From Candidatus Latescibacterota bacterium (GTDB lineage: Bacteria > Latescibacterota > UBA2968 > UBA8231): a DNA stretch of 64,000 bases. This document shows positions 58,078 to 64,000 of the stretch, piece by piece. The stretch is taken from assembly GCA_965215195.1 (NCBI GenBank), contig CBDCDC010000002.1:1-64000 (forward strand). Direction: 5' to 3'. A program made the position numbers and the translations under genes. The notes under the pieces were generated by a model, which was not told where the DNA came from, did no database searches, and worked only from the letters and a program-made list of their open reading frames with translations. Numbering within the stretch: position 1 is the stretch's first letter; each line of letters starts with the position of its first letter.

Positions 58078-59744
58078 CTGGTCACCGCCCCTTGGGCTGC
58101 CGACGACACCGAGCGGGCGTATTTGGCCATCACGCCGGAGGTGTAGCGCGGCGGCGGGGCCTCCCAAGAAGCTAGGCGGGATTGGAGCTCGGCTTCGTCT
58201 AGTGCTGCGTCCAAACGGCCGGTCGTGGTGTCGATGGTGATGCTATCGCCGTCGTGCAGGACGGCCAAGGGGCCGCCCACCGCAGCTTCGGGCGCGGCGT
58301 GGCCGATCATGAGGCCGCGGGTAGCGCCCGAGAAGCGGCCATCGGTGACCAAGGCCACAGAATCCCCCAAACCCGCCCCCACAATGGCACCGGTGACGGC
58401 TAGCATCTCGCGCATGCCCGGTCCGCCGCGGGGGCCTTCGTAGCGGATGACCACCACGTCGCCGGGCTGGATGTGGCCCTGCTCAATGGCCGGCATGACC
58501 GCGTCCTCGCTGTCGAAGACGCGGGCCGGGCCTTGGTGCTGGGTGCGTTCGTGCCCGGCCAATTTCACCACCGCGCCTTCGGGGGCGAGATTGCCCTTGA
58601 GCACGACTAGGCCCCCTGATTTTTTGAGGGGTTTATCGACTGGGACCACGACCTGCTGGCCGGGGGTTTCCACGGCGCGGTCGGCCTCTTGGCCAATGGT
58701 GCGGCCCGATACCGTGAGGGCGTCCTCGTGCAGCAGGCCGGCTTCCTTGAGGCGGTGGGCCACCAAGGCGATGCCGCCGGCTTGGTCCAAGTCGGGGGCG
58801 ACAAAGCGGCCGCCGGGCTTGAGATCGACCAAGAGTGGGGTGGAACTGCTCAAGGTCTGGAAATCCTCTATGTCCAGTTCCAATCCGGCCTCCCGGGCAA
58901 TGGCCAAAAAATGCAGTACGCCGTTGGTCGAACCGCCGGTGGTGGCAATGGAGCGGATGGCGTTGTCGAGGGCGGGGCGGGTGATGATCTGCGAGGGTTT
59001 GCGATTGCGCCGCACCAACTCAACGGCTAGACCCCCGACTTGGGCCCCGACGGCTTCCTTGCGCGGGTCCGTGGCCGGCACCGAGCCCGAGCCCATGAGG
59101 GCCACGCCGAGGAGCTCGGCCGCGGTGGCCATGGTATTGGCGGTGAACTGACCGCCGCAGGAGCCGGCTCCGGGGCAAGCACTCTCTTCGAGGAGGCGCA
59201 ATTGGTCGTCGTCAATGCGGCCGGTGGCGTGGGCACCGATGGCTTCGTACACGTCTTGGATGGTGATGTCAGCTTGGTCGTGGTGGCCGGGCATAATTGA
59301 GCCGCCGTAGAGCAGCACTGAGGGGATGTCCAAGCGGCACATGGCCATAATGGCCCCTGGGGTGGTCTTGTCGCAGCCAGTGAGGGCGACAAAGCCGTCG
59401 AGCATGTGCCCGCGCACCACTAGTTCCATGGAGTCGGCGATGACTTCGCGCGAAACGAGCGAGGTCTTCATGCCTTCGGTGCCCATGGTGATGCCGTCGG
59501 AGATCACCACCGTATTGAATTCGAGAGGGGTGCCGCCGGCCCGGCGGACGCCGGCCTTGACGTGCTCGGCTAGGCCGCGCAGGCCAAAATTGCAGGGGCC
59601 CAGCTCGGTCCAGGTATTGGCGATGCCGATGAGGGGTTTGCGCAGGGCCTCGGCGTCGAAGCCGGCGGCCCGGTACATGGCGCGGGCACCGGCCCGGGAC
59701 GGGCCTTGGGTGATGTGCTTGCTGATGGGGGTGGAGTCGGTCAT
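58074..59744 (-). CDS. ilvD: Dihydroxy-acid dehydratase
   Basis: PCN, SDGI.MG, CDKT.PG, CGGQFTANTM, GGSTN, YEGP.GGPGM.EM, TDGRFSG. Confidence 0.95.
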   Translation of the reverse strand: MTDSTPISKHITQGPSRAGARAMYRAAGFDAEALRKPLIGIANTWTELGPCNFGLRGLAEHVKAGVRRAGGTPLEFNTVVISDGITMGTEGMKTSLVSREVIADSMELVVRGHMLDGFVALTGCDKTTPGAIMAMCRLDIPSVLLYGGSIMPGHHDQADITIQDVYEAIGAHATGRIDDDQLRLLEESACPGAGSCGGQFTANTMATAAELLGVALMGSGSVPATDPRKEAVGAQVGGLAVELVRRNRKPSQIITRPALDNAIRSIATTGGSTNGVLHFLAIAREAGLELDIEDFQTLSSSTPLLVDLKPGGRFVAPDLDQAGGIALVAHRLKEAGLLHEDALTVSGRTIGQEADRAVETPGQQVVVPVDKPLKKSGGLVVLKGNLAPEGAVVKLAGHERTQHQGPARVFDSEDAVMPAIEQGHIQPGDVVVIRYEGPRGGPGMREMLAVTGAIVGAGLGDSVALVTDGRFSGATRGLMIGHAAPEAAVGGPLAVLHDGDSITIDTTTGRLDAALDEAELQSRLASWEAPPPRYTSGVMAKYARSVSSAAQGAVTS

Positions 59745-59966
59745 GGCGCGGGCTTTCTATGGCAGGTTGAGGATAAATTGCGGTTCGTCAAAATCTATGT
59801 GGGCTGCCAAGTCGGTAGACGTGGGGATTCTGGTTGCTGAGGGGAAGTAAAACGAAAGACGGATAGTAGCGTCTGAGTTTTGCCCTGTCAACTTGTTGCC
59901 AATGCTGTCCCGACATACTTTTGTCGCGCTTGTAGCCTTACTCTTTACCCTATAAAGGAGGTCGTC

Positions 59967-60623
59967 ATGCGCCCCTTACTATCGTCTATCGCGTTCCTCT
60001 GCCTGCTCGTCTGGCCGCTCGCCGCCCAAGACGAGGCCCTCCTCGGCACTTGGGAGGGGACCTATGTCGGTGAGGAAAGCAGCGAGATTACCATGCGTCT
60101 GACCTTTGAGGCGGATGGCACCTTTGCGCTCGCCCAAGATGTCGCGGTAGGAGAAGGCGATGTCGAATTGCCCCTAGAGATATTCTCTGTTCAGTTCAGC
60201 GGGACCTATCAAGTCTCGGGCGACAGCCTCTGGGTTTATATAGCCGAATTATATTATCTCATCGACGGTGAGAAGATGAACTCCGTTGAGTTAGTCGAGC
60301 TGGTGAAGGAATTTTACAGCGGCTTCGCCCGTGGTTTAGCCCCTTTAGCCGCGGATCTAGAGGGAGTCTCCGACGAGGATTACCCGGCGTATGAACAGGC
60401 GTTCGTCGATGAGTTCCTCGCTGAATTCGATGAGGACGAGTTCCTTGCTGGGTTAGGATTCGGTGAATTCGAGAAGATAAATGGCACCTATGCCATTGAG
60501 GGGGATACTTTGTTGATCACTACTGCGGAGGATGGGGTCGAAACCTTGGCATTCCAGCGCATGGATGTCGCCAGCGCGGTCGCCCCAACTAGCTGGGGCC
60601 GCCTAAAAGCGGCTGGGCGTTAG
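59967..60623 (+). CDS. Secreted acidic hypothetical protein with C-terminal SWGxLK motif
   Basis: AAGGAGG RBS; signal peptide; ends ASAVAPTSWGRLKAAGR. Confidence 0.75.
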   Translation: MRPLLSSIAFLCLLVWPLAAQDEALLGTWEGTYVGEESSEITMRLTFEADGTFALAQDVAVGEGDVELPLEIFSVQFSGTYQVSGDSLWVYIAELYYLIDGEKMNSVELVELVKEFYSGFARGLAPLAADLEGVSDEDYPAYEQAFVDEFLAEFDEDEFLAGLGFGEFEKINGTYAIEGDTLLITTAEDGVETLAFQRMDVASAVAPTSWGRLKAAGR

Positions 60624-60721
60624 CCGTTTCCAAAGGGATTTTTCGCTGAAGGCGACGAATGTAGCTCAGTGTTCCCAACGCTCGGCGCAAAAAATAGCGG
60701 TCCTTAAAGGGAGAAAAACAG

Positions 60722-61750
60722 ATGAAATTCATCTACTTTACCGACATCCACCTCGACACCGGGATAGACGCCCGCCGGGGATTTGAGCTGTGCGTGGAGT
60801 CCATGTTGGCGCATCAGCCCGCAGCCTTGGTCAACGGCGGCGATTTGGGCGTCACGGATACAGCGCTAACCCAGTACGCCCAAATCATGGAGAGTGTATC
60901 CGTACCGGTGCTGTTGAGCCACGGCAACCACGAGATGTGCAGCGGCTACTTGCCCCGGGACCAAGGGGGAACAATGCACGCCAGCGCCGATATGGGCGGC
61001 GTCCACTTTGTGCTGCTGGACGTGGTGCATTATTTCGAGCCGACCGAGGATCATCCGGCCAACTGGCACGTCTTGGCCGACGAGGGTTTGTTGGAGTGGC
61101 TGGCTGCGGATTTGGCGGGGCTGGACCGGGCCACGCCGCTGGTCGTGGTCAGCCACGTGCCCATATCGACGACCTTTCCCCAGCGCACCGGTCAGGTGCC
61201 GGACATGGCTTTCCCCACCAACGAGATGGCCGGGGCGCAGCGCTTGCTGACGCTATTGCAGCCGTTTGCACAGGTGATCACCTTGCACGGCCACGAGCAC
61301 GAAAACTGCCGCCACTTCGTCGGCTCTATGGAGATCATGACCACCGCGGCCGTGGCGGGCAATTGGTGGCGCAGCGGGCTGGAAAGCCGCGGCCCGCAAG
61401 GACGCGAACCCCAAGGGTATCGGGTGGTCGAGGTCGATGCGGAAGGGGGTTTCAGGAGCCAGTACCACGCCTTTCAGCCGCACCAAGACGAGGCGGTGGA
61501 ACTGTGTCGGCAGCCCGATTCGGGTCGCCGCTTTGTCAATGTGTTCGATGGTTCGCCGCGCACGCGGGTTGAGGTGCGGGACTTGGGGCCGCTGGTCCCA
61601 ATCGATCCGCTGGCCGAATCGTCGCACGGTTTGGCGACGCACCTGTGGGAATTGCCGGCCGACTTTGACCGGCAACAGGTGGAGGTGCGGGTGGTTTTTG
61701 AGGACGGGCGGGAATGCGCAGGGGTGCTGGAGGCGCGGGTGTGGGAGTGA
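60722..61750 (+). CDS. Calcineurin-like metallophosphoesterase
   Basis: DIH, GGD, GNHE, SH.P, GHEH. Confidence 0.9.
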   Translation: MKFIYFTDIHLDTGIDARRGFELCVESMLAHQPAALVNGGDLGVTDTALTQYAQIMESVSVPVLLSHGNHEMCSGYLPRDQGGTMHASADMGGVHFVLLDVVHYFEPTEDHPANWHVLADEGLLEWLAADLAGLDRATPLVVVSHVPISTTFPQRTGQVPDMAFPTNEMAGAQRLLTLLQPFAQVITLHGHEHENCRHFVGSMEIMTTAAVAGNWWRSGLESRGPQGREPQGYRVVEVDAEGGFRSQYHAFQPHQDEAVELCRQPDSGRRFVNVFDGSPRTRVEVRDLGPLVPIDPLAESSHGLATHLWELPADFDRQQVEVRVVFEDGRECAGVLEARVWE

Positions 61751-61793
61751 TGTCTATGCTGTTCAGCGGTTTTGGTGGACGGAATATCGCGGC

Positions 61794-62015
61794 TCAGGAA
61801 GCGGCCCTGTTTTTCTCTTCCATTAAGGCGATGAGTTGACGCACGACCGGGGCTAGTTCGAGAGGCACCTGCATCACAGTATAGCCCTGTTCAAAGGCGG
61901 CTTCATCTTCGGCGATAGCCTCTTCTTCGCTCTGGTTTTCGTAGTGTTCAATGACCCTCTGGACGCGCTCCTGATTCCATCCCTCGGGGTATTTATTTCT
62001 ATCTATTTTATTCAT
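61794..62015 (-). CDS. Small putative antitoxin
   Basis: YPEGWNQERVQRVIEHYENQ.EEEA.AEDEAA; AT-rich; follows toxin-like ORF. Confidence 0.65.
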   Translation of the reverse strand: MNKIDRNKYPEGWNQERVQRVIEHYENQSEEEAIAEDEAAFEQGYTVMQVPLELAPVVRQLIALMEEKNRAAS

Positions 62016-62025
62016 AGAAGTCACC

Positions 62026-62225
62026 TTATCCTCTCCTGCGTTGGCGGCGGCGAAGACTCCTCAATTCATTACCGCGCATATCGAAAGCGGTAATAATGAA
62101 AAAGCTATCGGGCTTGTAGATGACGCGCAGATACCGACCGCCCCGCGTCTGCCCCAGAGCTAAACGAGCACCGTCGCGACCGGGGCGATGTTCCAGCGCG
62201 TTGAACATTACGTCTTCCTCATCGC
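62026..62225 (-). pseudogene. BrnT/DUF4258-like toxin fragment
   Basis: ALGQTRGGRYLRVIY...IITAFD motif; no convincing N-terminus. Confidence 0.6.
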
Positions 62226-62279
62226 AACATCGTTTCTGCGATTCACCCCTGCGGACGCGGGGGCAAGACAAGGTTCTAT

Positions 62280-63746
62280 ATGAAACGCATCCTCTTGGCC
62301 AAGTTCAATCACGAAGTCGGCAGCTTTAACCCCCAACGCACCTATTACGACGACTTCGCGATCCACCGGGGGGCAGACCTTATAGCCGCCGCCCGCTCGT
62401 CCAATTCCACGCTGGCCGGCAATATCGACGTTCTCCAAGCCCGTCCCGACGTCGAACTGGTCCCCGCGTACGGGGCTTGGTGCCCTACCACCGGCGGCTT
62501 GGTTGCCGATCGCGACATGGAGCGCCTCATCGGCGAATTGTTGGCCGCCATTGAGGCCCACGCCCCGGCCGACGCGGTCTGTCTTTCCCTGCACGGGGCC
62601 ATGGCCGGCGAAACCGAAGTCGATCCCGAAGGCCGCGTCGCGTCCGGCATCCGGCAAATCGTCGGGGACGTGCCCATGGTCGCGGCCATGGATTTGCACG
62701 CGGTCGTCTCGCAACGGCTGGTTGATGCAGCCGACGCCTTGGTCTTTCTCCACACCTATCCGCACACGGATATGCGCGACACCGGCCAGCGCGCGGCCCG
62801 CCTGCTGTTGCGCCAATTGGACGGGCACGTCAAGCCCACCACCGCCCGCGTCCCCATCCCGTTACTGGCTCGCGGCGACGAACTCATCACCGCCCGCGGC
62901 CGCTTTGGCCAAGCCATCCGCCGCTGCCGAGAAATTGAGGCGTCTTTAGGGGGTCTGGCGGCCGGCGTCGTCATTGGCAACCCCTTTACCGACGTGCCCG
63001 ATTTGCAGTCCAACGCACTGGTCACCACCGACGACGACCCAGCCCGCGCCCAAGAGCTGGCGCTCGAACTAGCCCGCTTCATGTGGGAAAACCGCCCCCA
63101 CTGGATCCCCAAACTGACCCCGCTCGAACAAGCCGTGCGTCTAGCCGCAGAGACCGAGGGCCTCACGGTGTTCTCGGACGCCGCGGATTCCACGGCCTCG
63201 GGTGCCACCGGCGACAGCAACGCCATTCTCAAGGGCCTGCTCCAATACAACTACAGCAAGTGCGCCCTCATTCCCATAGTGGATGCGCCCGCGGTGGAAG
63301 CCGCCTACCGGACTGGAGTCGGGGGCCGGTTTACTTGGCCGCTGGGCGGCACCCTCGACCCGCAGCGCTTTGCGCCGGTGGAATTGCCCTTGTACGTCAA
63401 AAGCCTGTCCGACGGGGCCTTCACCACTGAAGATGGGTATGTAGTGCCGCCTAGCCGCAGCGCCATTTTGACCAGCGGCAAACTCACGCTACTGGTGACC
63501 CAAGCAGCCACCCCCATCGTCGGCCGCAAGGTGTACCAAAGCGAGGGCCACGATCCGGCCGACTACGATTTGGTCGTGTGCAAATCGCCCAACGGCTTCC
63601 GCACCCACTACGAGGCCATAGCCGCCCGCATTGTCGCGGTGGACGTGCCCGGGTCCACCAGTGCCAACCTCAAAACCTTGCCCTACCAGCACTGTGTGCG
63701 CCCCATTTTCCCGCTGGACGACGGGGTGGTGCCGCCTTTTGCGTAG
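62280..63746 (+). CDS. M81 family metallopeptidase (MlrC-like)
   Basis: HE..SF, LSLHGAM, D.EG, MDLHA, TYPH.D, D.AD....G..GD. Confidence 0.9.
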   Translation: MKRILLAKFNHEVGSFNPQRTYYDDFAIHRGADLIAAARSSNSTLAGNIDVLQARPDVELVPAYGAWCPTTGGLVADRDMERLIGELLAAIEAHAPADAVCLSLHGAMAGETEVDPEGRVASGIRQIVGDVPMVAAMDLHAVVSQRLVDAADALVFLHTYPHTDMRDTGQRAARLLLRQLDGHVKPTTARVPIPLLARGDELITARGRFGQAIRRCREIEASLGGLAAGVVIGNPFTDVPDLQSNALVTTDDDPARAQELALELARFMWENRPHWIPKLTPLEQAVRLAAETEGLTVFSDAADSTASGATGDSNAILKGLLQYNYSKCALIPIVDAPAVEAAYRTGVGGRFTWPLGGTLDPQRFAPVELPLYVKSLSDGAFTTEDGYVVPPSRSAILTSGKLTLLVTQAATPIVGRKVYQSEGHDPADYDLVVCKSPNGFRTHYEAIAARIVAVDVPGSTSANLKTLPYQHCVRPIFPLDDGVVPPFA

Positions 63747-63776
63747 GGGCCGGTTGTGAAACCAGCCCGATCCCCC

Positions 63777-64000
63777 ATGCACATTGAGGCTCTCTTCACA
63801 CCGGCGCAACAAGCCCTCGTCGCCGACCTGCACAGCCGCGATCAGCAGGAGCGCCAGGCTGGCTCTACGGACCCGTTGCGCCTCAAGGCCGTCAGCCCCC
63901 AAGTGGCCCATTACCTCTGTCTGACCGCCATCCACCAACAGGCCCAGACCTTGGTCGAATTCGGCACTTCGCACGGCTATTCTACTCTGCACCTAGCGGC
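63777..64000 (+). CDS. Class I SAM-dependent O-methyltransferase (partial, runs off window)
   Basis: LVEFGTSHGYSTL motif I. Confidence 0.8.
   Translation, partial: MHIEALFTPAQQALVADLHSRDQQERQAGSTDPLRLKAVSPQVAHYLCLTAIHQQAQTLVEFGTSHGYSTLHLA

Noticed and set aside
1-64000. Numerous long antisense or overlapping ORFs in the track
   Set aside because: Expected shadows of GC-rich coding sequence; Arg/Pro/Gly-rich with no motifs

Overview
GC-rich bacterial chromosomal window with no rRNA, tRNA or CRISPR array recognised. It opens with a housekeeping block (ftsZ 3' end, purE, kptA, glnB, glnE). The rest is mostly catabolic and secondary enzymes: four intact PhyH-like dioxygenases, two DegT-type aminotransferases, two enolase-superfamily dehydratases, a UxuA-like dehydratase, SDR, AKR, sulfatase, pabBC, ilvD and an MlrC-like peptidase. 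These are interspersed with AT-richer defence and toxin-antitoxin islets. The gene repertoire and a C-terminal SWGxLK motif suggest a Latescibacterota/Poribacteria-like, possibly sponge-associated organism (inference only). Most notable sequence-level observations: (1) a ClaI/BseCI-like restriction-modification pair with no mobility gene, flanked by a 94-bp direct repeat of the host gene's 3' end whose 4 mismatches are all synonymous, plus imperfect inverted repeats just inside; (2) a DpnA-like methylase paired with a stand-alone MutH-like nuclease; (3) an IS630 nested in the right end of an IS982-like element that interrupts a TlpA gene carrying an unrecognised ~31-aa repeat; (4) two MITE families with clean target-site duplications, one carrying REP-like hairpins; (5) a recurring pattern of internally deleted relic genes (SDR, DUF1156, PIN, higBA, BrnT-like). 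Family calls are from motif recognition only; no database search was run.
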